From positions 34,279 to 98,278 of the forward strand of contig JALRJE010000016.1 of the NCBI GenBank assembly GCA_023268965.1: 64,000 nucleotides of DNA. The letters are read 5' to 3'. Origin of the DNA: Crocinitomicaceae bacterium (GTDB taxonomy: Bacteria > Bacteroidota > Bacteroidia > Flavobacteriales_D > Crocinitomicaceae). Position 1 is the stretch's first letter. Each line of letters opens with the position of its first letter. Below the pieces are notes generated by a model, which saw only the letters and a list, made by a program, of their open reading frames with translations, did no database searches and had not been told where the DNA came from. Both the position numbers and the translations under genes were made by a program. Shown here one piece after another: positions 47,488 to 56,501 of this stretch.

Positions 47488-48005
47488 TAGGCTTTTGGTT
47501 GTATAGCGTTGTTTTGAGCAGTAATTTGCTCGAGGTCGCGATCGAAGAGATACAGCCCTCCGCTTTCATTGCCGATGAGTTTGAGTTTGTCGAGGATACT
47601 TCTCGCTAGGGCTTCTTCTTCGAGCTGCTCAGCGACATACCACTGTACAAAATTGTGTGTGGTGTAGTCTTTTTCTTGCAGACAGATATCGACCAGATTG
47701 TTGATAGATGCAGTAACGGTGAGTTCGTGCTCGAGCAGTAACTCAAATACAGAACGCAAGTTGTCAAAACTCAAAGGTGGTTGGTCCACAGACGGAACTA
47801 TTGCCGTGCCTCCTCTTTCATTGACAAACTTGATGAGCTTGAGCATATGAAAGCGCTCCTCATCAGTATGCAGATACATGAATTTAGAGGTACCATTTAA
47901 ACCATTGTTTTCGGCCCAGGAGGCCATGGCCAAATAATATTGAGAAGAACTTGCTTCTTTTTTGATTTGCTCATTGAGCGCGGCCTCTACTCTTGGATTC
48001 ATCAT
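47487..48005 (-). CDS. Ferritin (non-heme, bacterial Ftn-like)
   Basis: MMNPRVEAALNEQIKKEASSSQYYLAMASWAE...EERFHMLKLIKFVNERGG...EHELTVT...HNFVQWYVAEQLEEE. Start at 48005 (the track extension to 48056 is unlikely). The stop TAA shares one nt with the ATG of the cyclase gene. Confidence 0.9.
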   Translation of the reverse strand: MMNPRVEAALNEQIKKEASSSQYYLAMASWAENNGLNGTSKFMYLHTDEERFHMLKLIKFVNERGGTAIVPSVDQPPLSFDNLRSVFELLLEHELTVTASINNLVDICLQEKDYTTHNFVQWYVAEQLEEEALARSILDKLKLIGNESGGLYLFDRDLEQITAQNNAIQPKA

Positions 48006-48060
48006 GTCTACTTTTTTCTCAAAATTACAACGTCTTGAACAAAAATTTGTTTCCAACGCA

Positions 48061-49164
48061 TTAAAACTTGTAGAACCAACTCGCCATTGGTAATGGGAAA
48101 GAGAAATCCTCGGTAATTACACCCGCCAAACTGATCTGAAAAGCCTTCGCTTCTGTTCGCTGAAAACGCATGCCTGGCATCACAATTAATAAATTTTGAT
48201 TGGTATTATTATTATAAGATTGCCATGGGCCCACAACAACTTGCTGTAGCATCCAGTTATTTTGATCGTAAATGTAATCGATATCCTGATAGCCATAAGA
48301 ATTGTTCTTGGTACGGCCCATAATATACATGCAGTCATAAATAAAGCTTGCCTTCTTACCTACTTTTGTTTGGCCTGCCAAACCAATGATTGGTGCTTGC
48401 GCATTGAAGCCATAATTATAGGTGTTTGTTCCAGCTATAGGGAGCTCCGGCACCATGCCGTTAATGGCTTGGTAAACCCCTTCTTGATAAATCGTTTGTA
48501 TGTCAGTCCAATCGTTGCCATCATTGAAATGTCCGTAACCAAGAGATAAAGTTACATTTGAGCGGCGGTCTCCGTAGGTGACCATACCCCAGTACAAACC
48601 ACCAAAACCGCGGCCAGAATTGAGGTAGCCGGAAGTGCCAATTAAAGCGCCAACTCCATAGTTGAGTTTTGGATTAGCCGTACCGCGTGTATATTTCAAT
48701 GCCAATGCAATTGGTGAGCCAATCCAGGTAGACATTACGCCTACTGAAAAATCTTTGTGAACAGCAAAATGTACCTCCGGGCCATACAAATTAACCATGG
48801 CATAGTTTTCTCCTTTTTTAATCGGAAAACAATTGGTGGTGAACTGATAACGCGTAGAAAATGCACCAGCGCTACTGAATTCGCCTTTTTTGACATCTTC
48901 TATTAAATCGAGCGGTCGAATAGACCGAATATCGCTTTTTGGAATATAAACCTTACCTAAAGACTGTGTTTGTAGAAGTACCTCGCGGCCGTCGTCTGAA
49001 AGAATAAGACCTACGTACTCATTGCCATCATTTTTAACAATAAGGTATTTGGTGGTGTCTGTGCTTGGCGTTGCAGTACTCGGAGCTTGCGCAAAAACGC
49101 TCTGACTTCCAAAGAAGTAGAGCGTTAATGTGAAGCACAATTGAAATAGTGTGCGTGTTTTCAT
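48061..49164 (-). CDS. Hypothetical outer-membrane beta-barrel protein
   Basis: The ATG at 49164 gives a signal peptide ending VFA|QA. An SH3-like N-terminal module (YLIVKNDGNEYVGLILSDDGREVLLQTQSLGKVYIPKSDIRSIR) is followed by a Gly/aromatic-rich strand pattern. The C-terminus ...ASWFYKF ends in aromatic-x-Phe, as in OMP beta-signals. Confidence 0.55.
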   Translation of the reverse strand: MKTRTLFQLCFTLTLYFFGSQSVFAQAPSTATPSTDTTKYLIVKNDGNEYVGLILSDDGREVLLQTQSLGKVYIPKSDIRSIRPLDLIEDVKKGEFSSAGAFSTRYQFTTNCFPIKKGENYAMVNLYGPEVHFAVHKDFSVGVMSTWIGSPIALALKYTRGTANPKLNYGVGALIGTSGYLNSGRGFGGLYWGMVTYGDRRSNVTLSLGYGHFNDGNDWTDIQTIYQEGVYQAINGMVPELPIAGTNTYNYGFNAQAPIIGLAGQTKVGKKASFIYDCMYIMGRTKNNSYGYQDIDYIYDQNNWMLQQVVVGPWQSYNNNTNQNLLIVMPGMRFQRTEAKAFQISLAGVITEDFSFPLPMASWFYKF

Positions 49165-49192
49165 TTTTGAATTTTTGAATTTATACGTAAAA

Positions 49193-50380
49193 TTAATAAT
49201 AACGTTGCGGACTTTGCTTATTAATTGGTTGCTTGCTCTTCTGGACATTGAAACCCATGTTGACACCAACATAACCGCCTCCTTTTTGGGAACTGTAAAA
49301 TAAATTTACTGGAATATTGAGTGCTCCTGCTTGAAAGGTGCGTCCAAAAGCAATCAGAAAAGTGGTAGCCAGCGCTTTATCTCCGCGTCTATCGAAGTTT
49401 TTTTCGAAAATATAGCCGTTACCAGGATCAACCGGGTCATGGTTATTCTGCATGGCATATTGTGACCAATCGCTCTGTGAGAAATAACGAGCATCGGTAG
49501 AATAAATTTTCTGATCATCAAAAAAGCCTTCTGAAGTTGAAGAAATACCAAAACGTGGCCCGAATGCAAATTCCCAATTGGCCTTGCCAAAACGAAAACC
49601 ATTTAGTAAAGAAATAGACGGGACAAATTGACCTTGCTCTAAACCAGATATATTAATGATCCCCTCGACCAATGCAGAGAAATTTTCAGTACCAACATAT
49701 TGACCTTCAATTTGGTAGCCAATCATAGAGGTAAAAGGTTGAATACCCAAACCTCCGTATTTTGTGGCTCTTGTTGCAAATTCATTGACGGTTCCCGATA
49801 GGTATGCAAAACCAATTCGCGGCCCAGAATTGTTTACTTTACCCACATTGTTTGAAGTAATCAACTCATTTTTGAAAGCCAAACGATCTGAGACTACTTT
49901 ATCCACAGCTAGACCATGCATTTCAGCCAAAATAATTTCGACCATGCGCTGCACTTCTGTTTCTTGGTTGTCAAATTCACGAACAGATGACTTATACAAT
50001 GCATGCCCTTTCACGTCGATGATTTTGATCGTTATGACGATTTTATTGCCAAGGCCGTCTATTGATCCGGACATGACGTAATCCACTTTGAGTTCTTCAC
50101 CAAGCCTCGAAAGACAATTTTGACCATAACAACCTATTTTGTATTCCTCTTTAGCTTTGATTACTTCGTTCATATCAAACTCATCGTAAACTTTGTATTT
50201 GTTGATTTTGATGAGCTCCAGACGCATCATTTTTGCCACAGACTCAGGTTTAATGGTCAGGGCATTGACATTTGGGTTTGCAACAGCAATGGTATTGCTT
50301 TGTTGTGCAAAATAACTAGCCATACCGCTAAAGAAAATAGCAACTAGTATATAGATCGATTGTAATTTTTTTGTTTTCAT
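49193..50380 (-). CDS. Hypothetical secreted two-domain protein (alpha/beta N-domain plus beta-barrel-like C-half)
   Basis: MKTKKLQSIYILVAIFFSGMASYFA|QQ signal. The ~150-aa N-domain has GCYGQNCLSRLGEELKVDYVMSGSIDGLGNKIVITIKIIDV. The C-half has a strand pattern (GPRIGFAYLSG...NWEFAFGPRFG...GGYVGVNMGFNV). Confidence 0.5.
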   Translation of the reverse strand: MKTKKLQSIYILVAIFFSGMASYFAQQSNTIAVANPNVNALTIKPESVAKMMRLELIKINKYKVYDEFDMNEVIKAKEEYKIGCYGQNCLSRLGEELKVDYVMSGSIDGLGNKIVITIKIIDVKGHALYKSSVREFDNQETEVQRMVEIILAEMHGLAVDKVVSDRLAFKNELITSNNVGKVNNSGPRIGFAYLSGTVNEFATRATKYGGLGIQPFTSMIGYQIEGQYVGTENFSALVEGIINISGLEQGQFVPSISLLNGFRFGKANWEFAFGPRFGISSTSEGFFDDQKIYSTDARYFSQSDWSQYAMQNNHDPVDPGNGYIFEKNFDRRGDKALATTFLIAFGRTFQAGALNIPVNLFYSSQKGGGYVGVNMGFNVQKSKQPINKQSPQRYY

Positions 50381-50477
50381 AGCGTACAATTTTATAGTAC
50401 AAAGGTGAACTATTCCAACACCCCAACAAAATTGAATTTCGGAGGTGCTGTGGGCTTAGTTGCGAAAAACGCAAGCG

Positions 50478-51491
50478 TTAGGCGTTGAATTCAAGGTCTG
50501 CCTCGATTTTCTTTCGGAATAACCCAATGGTTTTCTCAAAATCGGCAAAGAAATTATTGCGTTCTCTTTCATTCACCACACTAATCAGACTCGAGTTGGC
50601 CAACTGCTTATCAATCACTTGTTTGGCATCTTGAACGTACTGCGCATCTGTTGTTTGAAGGTAGTTCATGATATTGTGTGAAAGAAATAAGCCTTGTTTA
50701 CCCTTACTCTCGTAGTAAAATGCGGAATCTGCGTTAATAGTCTCATTGAGATACATCTCAAATCGGTTGCCATTTGCCGGTACTTGTGTGCCGTAAATAA
50801 ACTTTTTGCCGTGGTTGGCTTGTTCTCGAAGGTGAGCTGAAAACATGAGCAAGCGGTCGCAAAGGAAAAGTGCGTAAGTAGGATCTTCAAACTGATTCGA
50901 TTTGTAGTAATATTGAATCTGGCGTAAAAAACCGCGCATCAGCTCGGGATCAAAGATCTCTACCGATGGAATGGTATTATAGGAATGCAGAATGGCCTTG
51001 CCGAGCTCAAAGGCGCGTTCCGTGGTTTTTTCGTGTCGAAAGAGAACGTCTTTGTAATCTGGAATTTGCAAATGCGTTTTGGCCCAAAAAAAGAGCTTAA
51101 AGCGAACCAACTGCGGAAAATTTAAAAGCTGAAAAAAATGTGTGTTGTTGATGGTGAGCATGATTTTTGGTTCCTCTAAATGCCGGAGGCGTTCGAATGC
51201 TTCGAGTATACCTTCCAAATAAGATTCTAAAGAAAAATCATAAGCATTGAGGGGGGTGTATCTAAATATCACATTTGTTTTTTGCTGCTGAATGAGCGAG
51301 TCAAAAGAAATATCAAAAGTTTTGCAAAGTCTTTTTAGTTCGTCAATGGTGAGCGCTGTTTCGTTGCGCATGCGCCGGTAGGCAGCATCCATGCTAATGT
51401 GTAAAGTTTCACTTAAAATATGACCTAATGCGTCGCCGGGTTTGAGCTTCGCTTTGATAAGCTGTAATAACTGATCTTGGACAGTTTCCAT
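50478..51491 (-). CDS. Helix-turn-helix domain protein, putative transcriptional regulator (BetR-N/XRE-like HTH plus ~270-aa unknown domain)
   Basis: The N-terminus LGHILSETLHISMDAAYRRMRNETALTIDELKRLCKTFDISFDSL looks like an HTH. The remainder has no motif I recognise. Confidence 0.5.
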   Translation of the reverse strand: METVQDQLLQLIKAKLKPGDALGHILSETLHISMDAAYRRMRNETALTIDELKRLCKTFDISFDSLIQQQKTNVIFRYTPLNAYDFSLESYLEGILEAFERLRHLEEPKIMLTINNTHFFQLLNFPQLVRFKLFFWAKTHLQIPDYKDVLFRHEKTTERAFELGKAILHSYNTIPSVEIFDPELMRGFLRQIQYYYKSNQFEDPTYALFLCDRLLMFSAHLREQANHGKKFIYGTQVPANGNRFEMYLNETINADSAFYYESKGKQGLFLSHNIMNYLQTTDAQYVQDAKQVIDKQLANSSLISVVNERERNNFFADFEKTIGLFRKKIEADLEFNA

Positions 51492-51513
51492 AGTTAAAAC
51501 ATTTCAAATAAAG

Positions 51514-53763
51514 TTAATCATTCGTGTAAGTTCTTTGGACCCGTGGTGAGATACTTGTGAGTATTTCATATGGAATTGTTTGCGCTTTTCGAGCAAAGTC
51601 TGATAAGCCCTGATTGAAACCAATGATTTCAACCTCGGCATCTGGTCTTGCGTTGGGCGCTAAAACCATGATCATATCCATACAAACCCTCCCAACTGTT
51701 GGGCAATACTGCCCATCGATAAAAACACCACCAGCACCATTACTCAAACCTCTTTTGAAGCCATCGGCATAACCAACCGGGATAATAGCTATTTGGCTAT
51801 CTTGCCGCAACTCATCCGTACAACCATATCCAATACAGGCACCTTTACTAAGTTTTTTCAATTGAGAAATTCGACTTCTCCAAGAAAAAACGGGCTTGAG
51901 CTTGGCTTCAAAACGAGGATCGTGATTGACCCCGAACAGTCCTATTCCCAATCGCACCATATCAAATTGCGCCTCTGGAAAGTGGGCCGCACCTTCCGAA
52001 TTTAATAGATGTCGAATAAACGGATAAGGCAAAGCCGCTTGGATTTGCGTACAGAGATCCTTGAAAATTTGAATTTGTTGTGCGTTCATAGGGTGCTGCG
52101 GCTCATCGGCACAAGCCAAATGGCTATAAACACTCTGAACAAGCACTTCTGGCTGAGCACGAATGGTTTGAAGCAAGCGTTCTATTTGTTCGGGTAAAAA
52201 GCCCAAACGATGCATCCCGGTATCCAACTTAAGATGGATCGGAAAGCCTTGAATTTGATTGGAGATCAGCATACGGATAAAAGCATCTAAATGCTCCAGA
52301 CTGTAAATTGCAGGCTCTAAATGAAAGGCAATACAGTTTTCAAAACTTGCGGGCTCGGCGTTCATGACCAAAATTGGCAACTCGATACCTGCTTTTCTCA
52401 GCAATACGCCTTCGTCTGCATAGGCGACACCAAAATAATTAATGCCATTTCGGACTAATTGCTGTGCAATTTGATCCAAGCCAGCTCCGTAAGCCTGTGC
52501 TTTAACGATAGCCAAAACTTTGGTTGCTGGTGCTATTGATTGTTGGTACTGTTTGAGATTGTGCCCAAGTGCCGATAAGTCATAAGATACGGCTGTGCTA
52601 TGAGATTTCTGTTTCCACTTACTCAATAGTGCCTCGGTAAGGGTATATTGATTGCCTTTGATGAGCACTGCATGATTGGTGATATCCGGTAATTCCGAAG
52701 GAAGTGCTTCCCAGATATAATACTGTGAAATTTGCTGCGCTTCAAGTAGGGCAATAATAGCTGGTTTAATATGCGATTGATTCGGTGCTAATAAACAACA
52801 AACCATCAAAGGTTTTCCGTCAGAGGTTGTTTTCAAAAACGATAATGCACCTTCAAAAGCTACTAAATCGAGGGTGTAAGTATCATTGATGAGAATAGCG
52901 CCATCGATTCCTTCAAAAGTTTCGAGGCGGTTCGCTAAATTTGGTAGCTGTGCCAACGCTTGGGCCGTACAAGTCCCCAATTGCATGGCACAGGCTAGGG
53001 CAAGTTTTGCATTCTGAATACGGATCGGATCTGTGAACGGAATGGACAACGCCAATTGTTCAAAGTTGTCAATTTGACTTGGGTCATATTCATCTCCATC
53101 CAACACCCAATGGCAATTTTTAGTTAAAAGGAACAGGTCTTCAACATATGCAGCAGGACTGGAAAATTCATGACGCGTTCCTTTATTTTTTGTGGTCACC
53201 AAACAATAATTGGCTTGAATCATCTGTTGTAAACGCTGCATTTCTCCGGGCTTGGTAATAGCGGCCTCAATGATTGCTAAGTCCCCTTCTAGAGGTAAAG
53301 TCAGTAGAGATAAGGCCACTCCTAGTTGAGAATTATAGCTTTTAGGACTGCGGTATACCTTCAATTGTTCACCAAGAAGCTGTGCAATCCACTCTTTTAC
53401 TGTGGTTTTACCGATTGCACCTGTGATTGCTAAAATTGGATAAGTAATTCTTTGGCGATGAAAAGCAGCCAAGCGCTGAAGTGCCAACAAGCTATCTTTC
53501 ACTACAAAATAATTGGCGTCAGGCAACGGCTGCAGTGGCACTTCTTCCACAACAAAGTTTCTAAGCCCGAGCTGGTAGGCGCTTGAAATATGAGTAAATC
53601 CGCTTTGTTTTGCTCCCTTTAAAGCAAAAAACACGACGCCTTCCGTGCCATGTAATTTACGCGTATCATAAGCGACTTCGTTGATCAGCACAGCATGAAG
53701 ATCGCCTATGAATTCAGCTTCAATGACTTTAGCAATGGTTTTGGCGGTGAGGTCTAGTTTCAT
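51514..53763 (-). CDS. Bifunctional UDP-MurNAc-tripeptide--D-alanyl-D-alanine ligase (MurF-like) / alanine racemase
   Basis: N-half Mur ligase: ILAITGAIGKTTVKEW P-loop. C-half Alr: AIVKAQAYGAG (PLP Lys), HLKLDTGMHRLGF and YSHLACAD. I prefer the start at 53763 (MKLDL...), which forms an ATGA overlap with the tdk stop. Confidence 0.88.
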   Translation of the reverse strand: MKLDLTAKTIAKVIEAEFIGDLHAVLINEVAYDTRKLHGTEGVVFFALKGAKQSGFTHISSAYQLGLRNFVVEEVPLQPLPDANYFVVKDSLLALQRLAAFHRQRITYPILAITGAIGKTTVKEWIAQLLGEQLKVYRSPKSYNSQLGVALSLLTLPLEGDLAIIEAAITKPGEMQRLQQMIQANYCLVTTKNKGTRHEFSSPAAYVEDLFLLTKNCHWVLDGDEYDPSQIDNFEQLALSIPFTDPIRIQNAKLALACAMQLGTCTAQALAQLPNLANRLETFEGIDGAILINDTYTLDLVAFEGALSFLKTTSDGKPLMVCCLLAPNQSHIKPAIIALLEAQQISQYYIWEALPSELPDITNHAVLIKGNQYTLTEALLSKWKQKSHSTAVSYDLSALGHNLKQYQQSIAPATKVLAIVKAQAYGAGLDQIAQQLVRNGINYFGVAYADEGVLLRKAGIELPILVMNAEPASFENCIAFHLEPAIYSLEHLDAFIRMLISNQIQGFPIHLKLDTGMHRLGFLPEQIERLLQTIRAQPEVLVQSVYSHLACADEPQHPMNAQQIQIFKDLCTQIQAALPYPFIRHLLNSEGAAHFPEAQFDMVRLGIGLFGVNHDPRFEAKLKPVFSWRSRISQLKKLSKGACIGYGCTDELRQDSQIAIIPVGYADGFKRGLSNGAGGVFIDGQYCPTVGRVCMDMIMVLAPNARPDAEVEIIGFNQGLSDFARKAQTIPYEILTSISPRVQRTYTND

Positions 53764-54335
53764 GACGTGGCTTTTTGAAAACAGCTCCGGCATAGCGGCT
53801 GGTATTTTTCCGTGGCGCCGACCAAAACTTGTTCCGAATTAGCAACAAGTCGATGAGAAAACTGTGCTAATTTGCCACAATGTACACAAACTGCATGAAC
53901 TTTACTGACGAATTCTGCTATGGCCATCAATTTAGGCATAGGACCAAATGGTACTCCTTTATAGTCCATATCTAAGCCAGCAACGATTACCCTTACTCCT
54001 TTGTTGGAGAGTTCATTGCAAACCTGAACAATTGCCGCATCAAAAAATTGAGCTTCATCAATGGCAACAATTTGCTCGCCGTTCCATAGTTGGAGTACCT
54101 CTAGGGCTGAGGACAACTGCTTGGCCTCCCAACTTTGGCCCTGATGGCTGACCACTGCTTCGGTGGCATAGCGGTCATCGATGCGGGGTTTAAAAAGTAA
54201 AATGGTTTGTTTGGCAAACTCGGCGCGGCGCAAACGACGTATGAGTTCCTCGGTCTTTCCGGAGAACATTGAGCCACAAATCACTTCAATCCAACCTTGT
54301 TGACTGTTTTCTTTCGTAAATTGTTCTAAAAACAT
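53760..54335 (-). CDS. tdk: Thymidine kinase
   Basis: P-loop CGSMFSGKTEELIRR, IDEAQFF and the zinc ribbon CVHCG...CRSC. Confidence 0.95.
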   Translation of the reverse strand: MFLEQFTKENSQQGWIEVICGSMFSGKTEELIRRLRRAEFAKQTILLFKPRIDDRYATEAVVSHQGQSWEAKQLSSALEVLQLWNGEQIVAIDEAQFFDAAIVQVCNELSNKGVRVIVAGLDMDYKGVPFGPMPKLMAIAEFVSKVHAVCVHCGKLAQFSHRLVANSEQVLVGATEKYQPLCRSCFQKATS

Positions 54336-54427
54336 AGGGCTGTTGAATGAGATTGTGAAATGTTTTCTAATTTTGATTCGATGACATCTAAAGTCATCTA
54401 TTGCACGAAATTAATAAGTAAAAAGCA

Positions 54428-55261
54428 ATGTCAGAAAAAAGTCCTTCTCTAATGATCAAAACAATGCTCGGACACCTCCACACTGGTGTTGAAAAACTTG
54501 AATCCGGAACTTTAAGTCCGGAGGATATGGAATTATTAGTAGAAGACGCCAAAGAGCTCTACGAGCGCCTGATTATTCTGCGCTACAAAATCTATGAAAC
54601 AAATGTTTTGGGTGTAAAAGAACCCGTCATTTCAGCACATCTTCGCCAAACTGAGATAGAAACGCCCATCGATTTATTTGGGTCTATCGAAGAGCACAGC
54701 ATAACACCTGAGCCAGCATTTGAAGTTACCTTCGCCAAAAGTGACGATGAAGATTTAGATGAAGAGCCAATCCATGAAGCGTCTATTCCTGCAGAAGACC
54801 CAATTCACGAGGAGGAAATTGAAGAAGAAGAGCAAGAGGTAGAGGATGAGATTCAAACTATTGAGGACCCAATTCACGAGGAGGAAATTGAGGACGAAAT
54901 TAAGCAAGAAGTAGAAGAGCCAGAAGCTCCCACTGCATGGGAACCCCAATTTTCTGGTGATCAGCCGATTTGGATGGCAGAAATGGAAGCCAATATCCGC
55001 GACAACAGAAGTGTCTTTCCGTTAGAAAGCCTTATTGGAGCCTTTACACTCAATGAAAAACTACAGTTCATCAATGAACTTTTCGAGGGTTCGTCCGACG
55101 ATTTCTCCAGTCATATTAAGCAACTCGACCAACTCGCTTCCATGGATGCTGCGCGCAATATGCTTGCCGAGCTCGCACTCACTTTTAATTGGGATACCGA
55201 ATCAGAAATAGTCGAAGACTTCATCTATAAAATATGTCGTCGCCATGCGGCTAGCGCTTAG
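54428..55261 (+). CDS. Hypothetical protein with central acidic repeat region
   Basis: ORF with structured-looking N- and C-terminal parts. The central Glu/Asp-rich tract contains the duplicated EDPIHEEEIE. Confidence 0.5.
   Translation: MSEKSPSLMIKTMLGHLHTGVEKLESGTLSPEDMELLVEDAKELYERLIILRYKIYETNVLGVKEPVISAHLRQTEIETPIDLFGSIEEHSITPEPAFEVTFAKSDDEDLDEEPIHEASIPAEDPIHEEEIEEEEQEVEDEIQTIEDPIHEEEIEDEIKQEVEEPEAPTAWEPQFSGDQPIWMAEMEANIRDNRSVFPLESLIGAFTLNEKLQFINELFEGSSDDFSSHIKQLDQLASMDAARNMLAELALTFNWDTESEIVEDFIYKICRRHAASA
54797..54891 (+). repeat. In-frame direct repeat (26-bp perfect copies, 69-bp period)
   Basis: GACCCAATTCACGAGGAGGAAATTGA occurs at 54797-54822 and again at 54866-54891. Confidence 0.9.
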
Positions 55262-56501
55262 TTTTCTTTGGTGCCTAACCTACGCTTTTGTATTTGGGCA
55301 ACAATACCCGTACAAACAAACCATAGCACAGCTCTGCGCTCCGGAATATGCTGGTAGGGGCTATGTAGATAGCGGCTGCATCCGTGCAGCTGATTTGATT
55401 GCAGCTGAATTCAAAAAAATTGGCCTCCAACCGTTGCAAAGAAATTACCAACAAGCCTTTAGCTTTCCGGTGCAAACCTTTCCTGGCACTTGCCTATTTG
55501 TAGCCGGCAACGATACCCTTATGCCGGGTATCGACTATCTTGTAGATCCTGCATCAGCCGGCGTTAGGTCAGAAATGTATAAAGTTGTATATTGTAATGC
55601 CGCAACTTTATACCGCAGTGTAAATGCGTTCAAGCCTTGCCCAAAAGACCGCATTTTAGTGGTCAATACCACAGGTTTTGGAGCGGACACCAATAAAGTG
55701 CTCCAAACAAGGCTTCGTGAACTCCAGACCTTTGCTGCAACAATTGAGCTCACATCAAATAAACTGACTTGGTCTGTGAGTCAGCAGGCCAAACCCTACC
55801 CTTCTTTTCAAGTGCTTTCAAATGCATTTGAGGCTAAGCCCAAGTACGTTTTTATTGACCTAGAGAGCAAATTTATTCCCGATTTTACATCGAGTAATAT
55901 TATCGGATATCTTCCAGCAGCTAAAAAAGCGAAGAAAAAACCTTATTTGGTCGTTACTGCGCATTATGACCATCTTGGCAAAATGGGTAACGACACCTAT
56001 TTTCCCGGGGCCAACGATAACGCATCTGGTGTGGGTATGCTCCTCTATTTAGCGCAACAGTTGAGCCAACAACACGACCCCAATTACAATTACGTTTTTA
56101 TCGCTTTTGGAGCTGAAGAAGCAGGGCTAGTTGGCTCGCGATATTTCGTAGAACACCCACTCTTTGCACTCAAAAAAATCAAATTTCTACTCAATACAGA
56201 TATCATGGGAAGTGGTGAGGAAGGCATTACTGCGGTTAATGCCACCCTATTCAAAACCGAATTTGCGAGATTAACTCAAATCAATCAAGAGGGTAGTTAT
56301 ATTACACAAGTTAAATCTAGAGGTCCGGCGGCCAACTCCGATCATTATTTTTTTACCGAAAAAGGCGTTCCAGCGTTTTTTATTTATACAATGGGGCCAA
56401 ACAAACATTACCACGACATCGAAGATAAAGCAGCTGCTTTGAGCTATGCTGCTTTTGAGCCACTCGCTCAACTACTTTTGGAATTTATGCGCTCATTTTA
56501 A
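55245..56501 (+). CDS. M28 family metallopeptidase (secreted)
   Basis: Signal ending VFG|QQ. Zinc ligand regions VVTAHYDHLG, GANDNASGVGMLL, FIAFGAEEAGLVGS and SDHYFF. Confidence 0.85.
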   Translation: MRLALSFLWCLTYAFVFGQQYPYKQTIAQLCAPEYAGRGYVDSGCIRAADLIAAEFKKIGLQPLQRNYQQAFSFPVQTFPGTCLFVAGNDTLMPGIDYLVDPASAGVRSEMYKVVYCNAATLYRSVNAFKPCPKDRILVVNTTGFGADTNKVLQTRLRELQTFAATIELTSNKLTWSVSQQAKPYPSFQVLSNAFEAKPKYVFIDLESKFIPDFTSSNIIGYLPAAKKAKKKPYLVVTAHYDHLGKMGNDTYFPGANDNASGVGMLLYLAQQLSQQHDPNYNYVFIAFGAEEAGLVGSRYFVEHPLFALKKIKFLLNTDIMGSGEEGITAVNATLFKTEFARLTQINQEGSYITQVKSRGPAANSDHYFFTEKGVPAFFIYTMGPNKHYHDIEDKAAALSYAAFEPLAQLLLEFMRSF

